DNA from: Tubiluchus corallicola
Lineage: Eukaryota > Animalia > Priapulida
DNA: 64,000 nt
NCBI GenBank assembly: GCA_030141605.1
Contig: JAQGDQ010000127.1
Location: forward strand, 62,001 to 126,000
Reading direction: 5' to 3'
Under the pieces are notes generated by a model. That model saw nothing but the letters and a program-made list of their open reading frames with translations. It did not search any database and was not told where the DNA came from. Positions 40,940 to 55,150 of the stretch are shown here, piece after piece. Position 1 is the stretch's first letter. Each line of letters begins with the position of its first letter. The position numbers and the translations under genes are program-made.

Positions 40940-43900
40940 CTAAAAAATACAAGCAGATACAGTTTTATGGTTAAAATCTATGACTTCGTCTTTCGTAAGC
41001 CACATCACTAGCTTACCACATGGCTGATTTGTGCAGGAACAACTGGTTGTACAAAGATAGCCATCTAAAAACTTATGTCCATCTGTTTGACAGTTCCTAA
41101 ATGAACCAAAAGCCATTCCTTGTTTTACCAAAACTTGCTCATCAGCTGTCATGATCAATGGCCATTGCAAACGAGAAGTGCTTTCCTTGCAGCCAATATT
41201 CTTCAGCTTCAATGCTAAGACCAAGTCTTTGCCAACGACAGTTTTTATGGGAATATTTATCGCATAAAATCCAGGTTGCTGAGCCAAGAGTCTTGTTGAG
41301 ATTTCGGTGCACGCAGAAGATTCCAGTGCAGTAAGGCTCATTGTTGAAGCTTCAAGGGCATTTTCTACTTGTGTAATGACAGATTCTGAAGGCAATTCTT
41401 TGGGGTTATAAAAAGACCATAGCATCGTCATGCTCGTTTCTCTTGTGCCTAAAGTAGTTGGCCAAAAGCTGGATGTCACAAATTCATTTGAAATGCTGTT
41501 TTCATAGCTGTTAGTGCTGAAAGCAACGCTTCTGGCTATTTCTGTTTCCGAGAATGATTCAGTTGTTAATGTAGCTTCAGGACTCAAACTTGTTGGACTG
41601 CTGTGTGAAGACATATAACCATTATCCTTAGTGGCTGTAAACAGCACATCAAATTTTTTTGAAGTTTCAGTGCTAACTGGGGCTATGCTGTAATGTGACT
41701 TTTCAGAATCAGTTAGGATAATAGCAGTTAAAGTTTCACCAGCTGCTATAGCAGATGAATTAACTCGTGAAGTAATGCCATCAGTAAACACATTAGTGAC
41801 TGAATTTGTTTTAAAGATAGGTTCAACACCATCAGTTGCCCAGTTTCTGCTCGAGCTTTCAGTTTTCACTATTGTAGTAGCTTTAGAATTAGTAGTCACA
41901 GAATCTGTGGTGGTAGATAAATCTGAGTTTGTGATTAATGTAGATGTATCTGCAATCATAAAAGTATTACTGACAGCTGTCAAGCCTGTACTTGCTGCTG
42001 TTGCAGACAGTTGCTGCTGACAGAGAAAGACATGGCCTTTATCACAGCTAATAGTGTACAGCTGAAAAGAATTTGCAGGATCAATAAAAACACACAACCT
42101 GGTTGTAGAATCTCCATTAGGTTTCGAAATACCCCAAGGTAATTCGCTCTCAACATATTCATATCCTCCAATCCACACAAAAGACATTTTTACAGGGTCC
42201 CATTCGAGACCAATCCAAATCCTGTCTTCAATACCTAAGGTTGTTGCAACTTCCTTAGCATATAAAGCAAGATCATTGTTTTCCAAAGCAGCTAACTGAG
42301 CCGCTATTTCTACACACTTTTTTGCTGCTTCATCATAAGACATGTGATCTGTACTAAGTGAATAACACCTCCCAGTAGCTAAATTTGTGTAATACAATTT
42401 TGAAGAACATAGCTCATCCGTGTTTGAGACGTCTACCAAGTTGATGTCTAATACAGATGTTCCTTCTGGACCTACAGTTACAAAGTCATTACTGAAAGCC
42501 GGCCAGTTTGTAATTGATATTATTGCAGTCACTTGTTGCTCACAGAAAAAGGCATGGCGTTTACCGCAGCTAATAGTGTAGAACTGAAAAGAATTTGCAG
42601 GATCAACAAAGACGCACAACCTCATTGTAGAATCTCCATTAGGTTTTGAAATACCCCAAGGTAATTCACTCTCAACATATTCATTTCCTCCTATCCACAC
42701 AAAAGCCATTTTTACAGGATCCCATTCAAGACCAATCCACATCCTCTCTTCAACACCTATTGTTGTTGCAACTTCCTTAGCAAATGAAGCAAGGTCTTTG
42801 GATTCCAAAGAGGCTAACTGAGCTGATATTTGTACACACTTTTCCACTGCTTCATCATAAGACATGTGATCTGTAATCAGTAAGTAACACCTCCCAGTAA
42901 GTGTATTTGTGTAATACGATTTTGAAGAACATAGCTCATCCGTGTTTGAGACGTCTACCAAGTTGACGTCTAATACAGATGTTCCTTCTGGACCTACAGT
43001 TACAAAGCCATTACTGAAAGCTGGCCAGTTTGTACTTGATATTATTGCAGTCACTTGTTGCTGACAGAAAAAGGCATGGCGTTTACCGCAGCTAATAGTG
43101 TAGAACTGAAAAGAATTTGCAGGATCAATAAAGACGCACAACCTCGTTGCAGAATCTCCATTAGGTTTCGAAATACCCCAAGGTAATTCACTCTCAACAT
43201 ATTCATTTCCTCCTATCCACACAAAAGCCATTTTTACAGGATCCCATTCAAGACCAATCCAAATCCTCTCTTCAACACCTATTGTTGTTGCAACTTCCTT
43301 AACAAATGAAGCAAGGTCTTTGGATTCCAAAGAGGCTAACTGAGCTGATATTTGTACACACTTTTCCACTGCTTCATCATAAGACATACGATCTGTAATC
43401 AGTAAGTAACACCTCCCAGTAAGTGTATTTGTGTAATACGATTTTGAAGAACATAGCTCATCCGTGTTTGAGACGTCTACCAAGTTGACGTCTAATACAG
43501 ATGTTCCTTCTGGACCTACAGTTACAAAGCCATTACTGAAAGCTGGCCAGTTTGTACTTGATATTATTGCAGTCACTTGTTGCTGACAGAAAAAGGCATG
43601 GCGTTTACCGCAGCTAATAGTGTAGAACTGAAAAGAATTTGCAGGATCAACAAAGACGCACAACCTCGTTGTAGAATCTCCATTAGGTTTTGAAATACCC
43701 CAAGGTAATTCACTCTCAACATATTCATTTCCTCCTATCCACACAAAAGCCATTTTTACAGGATCCCATTCAAGACCAATCCAAATCCTCTCTTCAACAC
43801 CTATTGTTGTTGCAACTTCCTTAGCAAATGAAGCAAGGTCTTTGGATTCCAAAGAGGCTAACTGAGCTGATATTTGTACACACTTTTCCACTGCTTCATC

Positions 43901-44984
43901 ATAAGACATGTGATCTGTAATCAGTAAGTAACACCTCCCAGTAAGTGTATTTGTGTAATACGATTTTGAAGAACATAGCTCATCCGTGTTTGAGACGTCT
44001 ACCAAGTTGACGTCTAATACAGATGTTCCTTCTGGACCTACAGTTACAAAGCCACTACTGAAAGCTGGCCAGTTTGTACTTGATATTATTGCAGTCACTT
44101 GTTGCTGACAGAAAAAGGCATGGCGTTTACCGCAGCTAATAGTGTAGAACTGAAAAGAATTTGCAGGATCAACAAAGACGCACAACCTCGTTGTAGAATC
44201 TCCATTAGGTTTTGAAATACCCCAAAGTAATTCACTCTCAACATATTCATTTCCTCCTATCCACACAAAAGCCATTTTTACAGGATCCCATTCAAGACCA
44301 ATCCAAATCCTTTCTTCAACACCTATTGTTGTTGCAACTTCCTCAGCAAATGAAGCAAGGTCTTTGGATTCCAAAGAGGCTAACTGAGCTGATATTTGTA
44401 CACACTTTTCCACTGCTTCATCATAAGACATGTGATCTGTAATCAGTAAGTAACACCTCCCTGTAAGTGTATTTGTGTAATATGATTTTGAAGAACATGG
44501 CTCATCTGTTGCAATTTGGATGTCTACAAGGTTTTCAATAGGTGAAAAATCTTCAATTCCCAATGCCTGCTGATCCATGTCTTTTGAGCAGACAACCATT
44601 TGTGCTGCAAGTAAACATCCCACTATTTTCTGTAAAAGATGTAATGAACATATTTTGTTCACAACTATGATTACGCAATTTACCATAACTTTATAAAAAA
44701 TTAGAGTAAAAAGTAGAGTTGAAAATTTAAAACACACAAATTTTTAATACATATTACCTTTTTTTATCTCCTGTTACAGTATGTGTTATTAAAATATATT
44801 TTTGATTTGATTTGAGAAACAGCTGACAAATTATAAATTATCCTAAGTTTGTATCTAATTTAAGAAACTTTAACGATATGATAAAAATGTTTTGCCAAAT
44901 GACAGAATTTTGCTCTGAATGTTTAAACAATTAAGTAAAAAATAACATATTTACCATAACAAAAATAATCTTCAGTGAAGACAT
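40940..44984 (-). CDS. Secreted multi-C-type-lectin-domain protein (5 CTLDs, Ser/Thr stalk, Cys-rich C-terminus), about 1239 aa
   Basis: Exon 1 44984-44955 (MSSLKIIFVM|GTAAAT) joins exon 2 44629-40940 (KIVGCLLAAQMVVCS) to give a signal peptide; each unit has RCY, A...C...LAS, WIGL, CVF, C...FxC. Confidence 0.88.
42010..44505. repeat. Coding tandem repeat, 522-bp (174-aa) unit, about 5 copies
   Basis: Anchor gaagaacat at 42402, 42924, 43446, 43968 and 44490 (exact 522-bp period). Confidence 0.95.
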
Positions 44985-45023
44985 GATGTTACACATACAA
45001 TACAAAATCAAATGTACGTATTT

Positions 45024-45031
45024 CTTTTATA
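45024..45031 (-). promoter_or_regulatory. TATA box of the C-type lectin gene
   Basis: TATAAAAG on the minus strand about 40-47 nt upstream of the ATG at 44984. Confidence 0.5.
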
Positions 45032-46173
45032 TGCAGCAGTTTACCAGACAGTTCAGTTTCTCAGTTAAACAACTCCCGGTAAGTTCAAAATAACAAGTTG
45101 ACATACAAAAACAAATATCAATATTTAACAAACGTAACACCAACATTAATAATGCCATTCTGAAGTAAATTCAGCAATCGATAGACACTAGTTTGCAAAC
45201 AATTATTTTGAAGCTTGTCATAATTAAATATGCAGGTTTTGGCAAAAACAGAACTGCTGGTTTTCAGTTAATCAATAACTCAAGATCATTTTCAGTGCAG
45301 GGTTAGGCTGCTACAGTCCTGAACATTACAAATATATGTGTTAGGCAAAAAATGTCTCAGTTGCACAGGTTTTCTACAAGCAGTCTTGATAGAATCTATA
45401 CATTCCATTCTGCATTAAATGATTTCTTATTCAGTTACATGACATGTCAAACTGATTGAGCAAGAATTGCTAAGATCCCCTAGAATGAAAATGGCAACAT
45501 CTGATCAGCAACAGAAATCTGATCTAGATGTACACAAATGGCTTCTTTCATTTCCTCTTACCAAATATTGACATCATTGCAGCTGTGCAATTATGCATAA
45601 TGTAAATCTATGGCAATAATTGAGTTTTTGTAGTAAGATTTATCATCATATAACACATTCTACTTTTGCGAAATACCATTTGCATTAATTTATTATTAAA
45701 TCTCATTATAAAATACAACTTACATATACATTACAATATAATTACAGGACAAAAGTATACAAGTTTTTAGATTAAAGAAGTATGCATTTAATAATATGCA
45801 CTTTTGTTGCATGGATGTGTATGCACTATGTGTATTTTTGATGAACTTTTCTGAAAACCTAAAGATGTGCATGACAAAATAAAATAAGCTGAAAAAGGAC
45901 TAAGCATGACAATTTTAAAGTTTGGGATTTAATGTAAGGCCAAAATTACACATCTTCTAATGCTGTTTTACAAACTAAGGAAAATATTACAAAAATTGTT
46001 GCAGTTCAGGACAACATTATGCTTAACTAATTCCTTAGTTTTGTTCATATAAAATACACATTAATACAGAAATATGCATATATTTTGAAATTTAACTAAT
46101 TAATAACTTACATACATAATTTATATATATAAATTATGGCAAAGTAAAATCACAGAGTATTTTAAGACACACC

Positions 46174-46423
46174 AATTTTTAATACATATTACCTTTTTTA
46201 TCTCCTGTTACAGTTCGTGTTATTAAAATATATTTTTGTATTTGATTCGAGAAACAGTTGACAAATTATCCTAAGTTTGTAACTAATTTATGAAACTTTA
46301 ATGATATGATAAAATTTTTTTGCAAAATGACAGAATTTTGCTCTGAATGTTTAAACATTTATGTAATAACATTTTCACCATAAGAAAAATAATCTTCTTC
46401 AATGAAGGCACGATGTTGCACAT
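46174..46423. repeat. About 250-bp direct duplicate of 44739-44996 (lectin exon 1 and part of intron 1)
   Basis: Shared AATTTTTAATACATATTACCTTTTT..ATCTCCTGTTACAGT...TGACAGAATTTTGCTCTGAATGTTTAAACA...AAAATAATCTTC. Confidence 0.9.
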
Positions 46424-46655
46424 GTTACTAAAAGAAGCCATACATGGGTTCAAATTTATGTTCTTGACCATCAGTAGCATATTTCCTTTTTTAAAACAAC
46501 ATTTTTAGTGATATTAGTTCCTTAGCATGGCATGCTTTATGTAAAAACTGTTCTTGCTTCAATAAAATAGATCAAGTTGCTATAATATTATAGCAAATAC
46601 TTTCCATCACAGACAGATAAAAAGTACATTTATAAATAAACTGCAAATTACATAT

Positions 46656-48126
46656 TTACTCTAAATCATTATATAATGGAAGACATTGCGGATCTGATTT
46701 ATATGGGCCAGAATTTTCTAAGACACCAGGGGGTGCACATATCCATGGATCACAAGTTATGTTCTGCCACCTCAACAAACGTGACTGCAATTTTCGAACT
46801 ACTGTTTTGTACCTGACATCCTTAACTAAATTGTTTTTCTCTTCACAGTCTTCACTGATGTCATATAGTTCCCACTGATCACGATAATAATACTCTTTTA
46901 ATGTTTTGTACCAGTGTGTCGGCTCACCAGCTCTAGTTCGGTTCAATATATCTTGAAAGGTTGGTGACAAGTAAAAATCTTGATCTATCATAAACGGCAT
47001 TTTGAAGTTCAAATTGTGGATCAATTTGTATCTCTGTGTCCGTAAGACCCTCATGGGGTAATACATTGTAATTTCATGCAAATTGTGACTAGCATAAACT
47101 TCCTTGAAGTCTTTTACATGACTATTGCTTCCTAATAAAGGTAATAGAGACTGTCCAGATAGCTTTACATTGCTCAGCTTTTTGAAAATGTAATACAAAG
47201 GATAAGGAATATCAAACCAGTCTAGAATTGTTGGCACAATGTCTGTGGTGCTAACCATTGCATCAGATGTTGAATCCCAATGACTTGAATGTATGGGAGA
47301 AGACAGTAACATAGGTTCTCCCATACCTATAAAAGAAAGAACAAAGATTAATAGAACTCAATAAAAAACATATTACCAAAACCTCAAATCAAATTTGTTT
47401 CAAGTTATGGTATATTTAGCTGATCATCATAAATATCAGCATATTGCATAAATTCTAATTCTTGGCTTTCTATTACAGGTATGAGAGCTAAACAGTCCAT
47501 TCAGTAACTAAGGCGAGAGGCAAGAGGTTGTTATTTGCACAGAAGAAAAAGTACTTTGGAATGGCGTGATCCCCATCGTTGGTACGACATTTTTAAATCT
47601 TTGAGAAATGAGGCAAATGGCATCAGACTTGATCCAACCATAGAGGTGTCCCCTACAGTTAGTGAAAGTGACTTGGACCTGACTTCATATAAAACCAAAT
47701 AAAAAATCTGTTAAAGAATTTTTAGGAAGGATGTCTTTATACAAAATTACAAGTTATAACTTTCAAGAAATCTGTATTGTCCAAACAGAAGATAACCTGA
47801 CAAACCTGGATCATACAAGTTAGTTCTTCCACTTGGGAATGGTATGCCATTGTCTGAGGTGTACAGTATCAAAGTGTTATCCAGATGGCCAGCTTTCTTC
47901 AGCTCATCAATAACAAGTCCAATTCCTGTAAAACAAAGAAAATGCCAAAAGGTCAAACTGCTGGTTCATATATACTTTTAAGCAACATAACAGCTTGAGA
48001 CAGGTGAAAATCCCACAATTATTGAAGACTTTGATTATCGGAGCACAGAACAACTAAAAGTACACAAAACAATAGCATGCACTATTTTCTCATACATACT
48101 ACTACATCACTTACCAATGCAAAATC

Positions 48127-48171
<45 letters not shown>

Positions 48172-51100
48172 TATACACGATTGATGCTTAATGCATAATC
48201 GCTCAAATATTTGCTGCCTGTGCTAAAGTTTAATGCTGTAAAACATGGATTAAGAAGAAGAGAGAGAAAGACAATGGAGAGCCAAAGTAAACGAACTAAC
48301 TAATTTTTATACTAAATCACACCATTATTAACGTAGCCAACTTGATAATCAATAAGTTACATTTGAAACCTAAAGTAAATCAGTTATCATGTCACAGTTA
48401 AAAACACTGTAAGAACTGGTCATGCAAAACTATCAGGAAATATATAAAAACTGCAAATTATATTGGGTTTGCAAGTCGTTACCTTGGACGCAGTGAGTGC
48501 AGTACTTATTAGATGTACTAAACTAGACTCACCTAATAAATATTGTTTGCAGGTTTTAAATAAAATTTGTGGTTATAGAACAAAATAAACAGCCAACAGA
48601 TGGATTAAAATTTGGTGAAAATGAAATAACTGTCAACTATCTGTGGTGAAGTTAATAATGATTACCATACAACTCCAGTGTATGGTAAGCATGACTTTTA
48701 CACAAATTTAAACTGCAAACCTTGGTTACTCAGAAGCATTATAATAATGGACTTTAAAAAGTAAACAGAGGATTTATGGCTTAAGAAGAAACTTATTTCA
48801 CCTTGATCAAGCCTGCTGATAGTTGTATACTGTGCAGCAATGTCAGCTCTGGCTTTAGGTGTATCAGGTACAAAGTATGGAACAATTACTTCACTGGCAT
48901 TATATAAAATTGGCTTCCAGTCAGGCATGTTTCCCATTCCGGGTTCTCCATTACCAAATTTCTCACAAAATTGTCCAAACTCTGGATGAGTGTGGCCACA
49001 GCGATGTGGATCATGAAAAGCAACATACAGAAAGAAGGGCCTGTAAAATACCACATATTATCCTAACTACAAACAATAGTTCAGATATTGCTCCAATTCA
49101 CATATAGAGGAATCAATGGCTTACCATAAATTACTTTTTCTAGTGAGCGGCCAGAGATAAGTTCATGGTAAAAGTTGTCATGTCAACTAAATTTATTAAT
49201 TTAGAGATTCATGACCTAGTTAAATCTAGAGATTCAATATTCTCTAGAAATTGTTCATCCGAAACAAACTTGTATGCAATGTACATTCAGGAATCCCACT
49301 GACTGACAAGAGCAGTTCGTTAAACTGGGTGACTCCTAATGCGCAGATATGATGCAAATATAAATAAGTGTTAACTAAATTATTTTGCTATATGGTGGTA
49401 ATGGATCCTTATTGGTTTTTTGACTTATCGAAAAGTTTAAAAATTTACCAGCTAGCCTTGCTTGGTACGGCACAAAATAGAGAAACACCTGATAATCTTG
49501 TTCCAAAGTCTTCCTTTTCTCGGATTTGCTTTTTTGTTATTTAAAATAATTCAGCATCAAAAAGTGAACAATACGTTAACAAGACATTATGGAAAAAAGT
49601 AGCAATACGGGAAACTTCTTAAAAAAATTATCACATTAGTAAAATGAGAACAGTTTAACAAAACTTTGAAAAATAATGGAAAATGATTTCTTAAAACTTT
49701 CCCACGCTGTGAATATGAATATGACTATAAATTGGTAAACAGCTGGACATGTTTGTAATTGCTGCAAAAACTAGTCTGCTTTTTTAAATGTGCAAAATGA
49801 TGCTATATATACCTTGCTGCATTAGTATTAAAAAACTGGCGTACAAGTTGCTTAATGTGAGTAATATTTCTACCGACTTGCAAAATGGAGTTGTTCTCTT
49901 CCGTCTCGGCAAAATCGAATGGGTAGACTGATTCCGGACCAACGTGTTTTTTGCCAATTATACCTTAATACATTGAAATAACAAATATTGCGTTTTACAG
50001 ATTATGAATCAGCTGACATTAAAAATAATTATATCCATCACAAAAAAGAGAAAATAACTATTGTTAATTCAGATAGCTATACTACCTGACAGCATTACCT
50101 GCAGAATTTTTAATTTAAAACTATGAAAAAGTGCTAAAAATCCAGTTGATACTACTTAATTATGTACTCCCATATTGACTTACATTGAAGTCTTATTACT
50201 AACCTGTTCGAATACCATTCTGAGACAGAATATGTGATAAGCTCTGGACTCTTTCAAATGAATCAAAATGATGAACATCTTGATGCAGACCATACATACC
50301 ATTCTGATGCTGGGGAAGTCCAGTAAGTATTACTGACCTGCAATAAAACGTTATGATTAAAAGGTATCAAATATCAGGTTTCAAAGGCTTGCTGAGCACA
50401 TATACTTAAATTTGTCCTAGTTAATTAAAAACATGAAGTATGGATTTATCAAAAAACTATATACCTAACTGCAGTGTCTACTTAATCACAAAACTGTGGA
50501 TGTGTCGGATGTAGATGTTTTTAAATAAATCATAAAACCAACAACAATGTTTAACACCAGAATTAAAGGGGAAGAAAAATTAAGTTTAAAGTATATCCTA
50601 AAGAACTTCCCATACAAAATTATATCAGTTGGCATCACACTTATCCATTTGAAGAACTCATGTAATTGAAAAAGAAAAATCTTAATCACTTAAATTTTAT
50701 AATATTCGCACTACCTGGTAAAACAGAACTGCATCGCCATCCAAGTGTGAGCCGTTGATTCACCAAAAACACTACCAGTATTATTAACAATACAAAATAA
50801 TTTAAACTTTTCATTAGTTAGCAAAGTGTGTGCTAAAAATGCTTGCTTCAAATGACTTACCATTAAAATGGCTACACCTAATGCCTAATGTTTATCGCGG
50901 ACATTTAAATTTACAAGTTTTATACGGTGTGACTGCTAATGCAGCCCTGTATGCAATAAGTCAGCATTCGTGTGACGCATTTCAACACGATTTTCAGCTT
51001 TTTTTATGAAAAGTGTTTTCTTGTGCTTTAAGTCAGCTATACTGAAAAAATAGTAAATCAACAAAGTGCAACAACAGATTTTCACATAGTGTTGAGTTTG

Positions 51101-54100
51101 AATTGTTTTCTAATAAATGTAATTATTCATTCGATCTATAACATTTGGTACATCAAAAACAAACTACTTTGTCCATTATCTCTTTTACTCCTATAGTAAA
51201 TAAAAATCAATATAAATAAAAAAGGCAAGTTACGACAAGTACAAATGCAATTAAAAGTAACAATACCACCATACTTCCACAAAATACTGCTAGTATCCCA
51301 GAATTACGAATTTTTGGTCAAAGCAATACGGATGCAGTTAAGATTGCTTTTTTTATCAACCTGTGATAACATGTAAATACAAGATGCACCAATAACTGTG
51401 TCAGTGATATAATATCAAAGTATAATAACTTACCTACTTGGAGAACAGCTACTAACAGATGTGAAAGCTTTGGTAAAAACAACACTCCTTTTAGCAAGTT
51501 CATTTAGAAAAGGTGTTCTGCAAACAGAGTTGTTGTACACTTGAGTTTCAAAGCCAGCATCATCAGCTGCCAAAAAATGTGGAATTTATTGAACTACAGC
51601 AGTAAGGACACAACTTTGAACAATACTGCAGTATTGAAACTAGTGAATATTTTGGATAAACTATAACAAGAAGCCGCTTGGCCCTCCAAGGTTTATTTCT
51701 GATTTGTAATTGCATTTGCATTATTTAAAAATAATGAAGTAATGGATAATCAGTTACACTATTTAGGAAAGACTTTCATTAGTTTTTTACTATTTGTTGC
51801 CAAAAATTCCAAAAAACTAATTGTGATACGTTAATTCACCCGAATCTGTAAAGCCATATTGATTATTAACTAAAAATAATCGATAATTATAATTACTCAA
51901 AATCGGCAATATCACCTGCACTAATATGCATATAATGCCAAAATAACACTTGAAATACATTTACAAATAAGAAGACATTTAATAGTCGCGTCTCATGCCT
52001 TTAAATCCAGTATAAACAGACGAAGAGTTGTCACATTTCACTGGATTCTCAAGCAAAGTAGAAAGAATCTGTTAATACTTATTTATGCAAGCTACCCTCT
52101 CCTGACTATTAGCTTTGTTAGGTCATAGTTTTACTTATGCATGTGTAACAATTGTGGGCAACACTCACCAATGGGGCATTCATTAGACAAAACAAAAAAT
52201 GGTCACAGATCAGGAAACATCAATCAACTAGAGGGATCCACTTCACGATGGCCAATTAGAGCTCCTTTTGGTTTCCCAGCTAATGGGCTACACACTACTC
52301 ACAAAAACTACTCAGAAACAGAATCTACTGAAATATACAATAGGCACCATTTAGTAGACTTGTGGTTAATAGATTCGTTCACTTAATTGACTCAAAAACG
52401 CCTGGTACTAACCGCTCTTATTCAAATAAACATACACACTACCGATAATTGACTCAAATAACTCTGCATAAGTGACTCAATATTTTTCTACTCGTACTTG
52501 AAATAAGACAGTTATATGTGCCCAAAGAGCCTTTCCTACTTTTATGCCACCCTTACTTTGCTCTTGTGCACTATAATAGATGTAGAAACAATCATCTTAA
52601 GTATCGTTTTGTTTGTAAGCAGATACGTTTATCATGTGCTAATACACTAGCGTAGTATGTTACCCACTCGTCCACTGCAATTAACCTCGTTAACCAAAGA
52701 ATTTCTGAAACCTAAACATTTAATTACATGTCTAGCAGTTTCGTTTTGAAATTCTCTATTCAGGCCACGTCAGAGATAACCGATGACAAAATCGTCAGCA
52801 TTACAAGGGGGAGTCAAGACAAGCCTACAAAGGACAACAAAACCAATTGAAAGGGAAACAAAGGCACCATCAACTGCAGTTCAAGCACGCCAAGTGCTAA
52901 ATGTTTTACAAGATTACATGCATCACACAGCAACAGATTTTCAACGCTATTATAATATTGAGAACTTTGAAGGAATTTTTGTAATTTTTGCAAATAAGCA
53001 AGGCTTGTGTGATTTAGAAAAGTACACTGTTCAATTTATATAAATTAATATTTAAAAAAAAAATTTAAATTTTTATCTGCACAAAGGCATTTAGGCATTA
53101 CTTCATTTCTAAAATCCATTAAAAACCTTTTACTAAGATAGTAAATACTAACCTGATGCCTCATACTTCTACACTAGTAATACTACACCCGTAGGTTAAT
53201 AGGTTCAGTCGGTTATCTGGGACAAAACACTTTGGTCCCAAAGTGAGTCTATTAAGTAATGTACTACAAAATTGAACATCAAGTGTTTTTACTATTTTTT
53301 TAGCCATATAAAATTTCGTCCTGCATGCATCCACCTTATAATTTAGGTGTCCGAATTGAGCGAGACAAGTTTTTGCATTTACCGTCCAATCATGGTATCT
53401 TCCAGGGGACTGTGTCAATAGAAAATATTATAATTTTGATATCAACTACAGTCAACCTTGGTTATAAGGTACTCGCTTATAAGGGACACTTGCTTATAAG
53501 AGACCACCAATTCCGGTCCTGATTTTTCGTAACATTTTTCCTATATAAAAATCTTCGTATATAAGGTACTTGGATATCAATGACTTTCGGTTATAAGGGA
53601 CAATATCTTCAGGTCCCGCGTAATAGAAACCCAGGCAAATTACCTCGCATGTAAGAGACCCTATGATCAAAGTGAAATTGATCGATTTTTAACCTCAATT
53701 TTTGCACAAACTCGGCCTTCGAACAGCTCAGTTTCTGCGGTCACACAGAAGGAGCTTCCTACATACCATTTGCACTGAATGTGTAGCAATAATCCATAAA
53801 AATATGAGCAAAAGTGCAGGTCTAGATACACCCTCGGTCTGACTCAACTTCGGCTATAAGGGACGTCGGATATAAGGGACGGTTTTTTCCGGTCCCGAGG
53901 TGTCGCTTATATCCGAGGATGACTGTACGTAAACCACAGTGAGAAGTTTTTGTTGCTGTTGGTTTCATTGTATTCAACTTTTCTTAAAATTTCCTTCCCA
54001 TTTTAATGCAAATGTCTAAAATTTTGCTCGTTCGGTTGATACATGGATAGAAGTCATTCGTGCATCATGTACCAACATTACATTGTCTGCAGTGCGTCTG

Positions 54101-54342
54101 CAGTGCATTAGTAATACACAAGGATTTGTCAAAGGGCATAATATTATGACCACTAAAGCTTTTGTCCTCATAAGTACTACTACAGAAAGCATGCAAAAGA
54201 AAACTCTAATGTATGCATATGAACAAATACCAACAATCAGCAGCACATTTCTCATTTTAGCATCTATTTGCAGGGTTCTTGCAAAAGATAGCATCAGTAG
54301 TAACAAGCCAACCCAAACTTGCAATGGGAGATAATAATGCAT
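46656..54342 (-). CDS. SGSH: N-sulfoglucosamine sulfohydrolase (sulfamidase), 519 aa, 7 exons
   Basis: Exons 54342-54231, 51566-51434, 50337-50204, 49963-49813, 49040-48802, 47925-47806, 47326-46656 join in phase. Motifs: RNVLLIVADDAGFE, formylglycine motif [81 protein letters not shown]. Confidence 0.95.
48130..48175. repeat. (TA)n microsatellite
   Basis: Read directly. Confidence 0.9.
53449..53925. mobile_element. Tc1/mariner-pogo-type MITE in SGSH intron 1
   Basis: Imperfect TIRs CAGTCAACCTTGGTTATAAG / CTTATATCCGAGGATGACTG, flanked by TA on both sides; internal repeated TATAAGGGAC motifs. Confidence 0.8.
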
Positions 54343-54964
54343 GATTAAATGTCACTGGCATCACTCAACCATCCTGCAAAATAGTGTTACCTTGATTAAT
54401 TTTCTGTAATCAAGGTTATGAAATACAGGATATTTATGTTAATTATATTTATTTATTTAATGTTAAAAACCACTGGTGTTCGCTGTTTTGCATTTATTTT
54501 GAAAATTCCACAATAGAAATTGGAGAAGACATTCCCCATATGGGAACAGGAAATGGAAAACCTTAAATAAAAAGAGGTTTATATGAAAAGAACTGGCACT
54601 TTGCACTTCAAGATCTATTTCTCAGCTGCAAAAGCTACTTAATGTAATTGGTTACTGACGAACCTGTTTCATTACTGAGGATGATTTTCTAAAAATTGGT
54701 AGTGCATAGACAGAGGGGCAAAAGGGTGATGGCTCCATGCATTCATTTTAGACTAGAGGGCATCAAATCTAAATGCAAATAAAATAATTACTCTGAAGTT
54801 TCCAATTACTGCTGGTTAACTTGGAGGTTATTTTTTGGGGGTAGCTGATTCAATAATATATTTTTGCCACCCTTTCCCATTCAGATGATTATGAGTTGCA
54901 TAATTGACATGTTTTTCATGTCTGGGATATAATTATTTACCTTCAAACAGTTTACTAAGGTGTG

Positions 54965-55150
54965 CTAGCACTGTGACAGAAGGCACACACTTTTCAGAAT
55001 TGTTCTAAACTTGTTCACGGATTCTGAACTTACCACATCATTATTCAACTTGTTCCAACGAGGAACAACTCTATGAGCAAACAAATGTGATTTAACGTTT
55101 GTCCTAACAGATGGAACAAATAGTTTGGGCTTGAGGCCCTGAAGCTCTCT
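54965..55150 (-). mobile_element. 5'-truncated non-LTR retrotransposon (CR1/L2-like) ORF2 C-terminal remnant
   Basis: KLFVPSVRTNVKSHLFAHRVVPRWNKLNNDVVSSESVNKF resembles the F..RV...WN.L...VV.....F tail of CR1-clade LINEs. Confidence 0.65.

Noticed and set aside
44630-44737. ORF-track N-terminus of the 1265-aa lectin ORF
   Set aside because: Non-ATG start; the segment is intronic (acceptor TTACAG before 44629) and the upstream exon gives a better signal peptide
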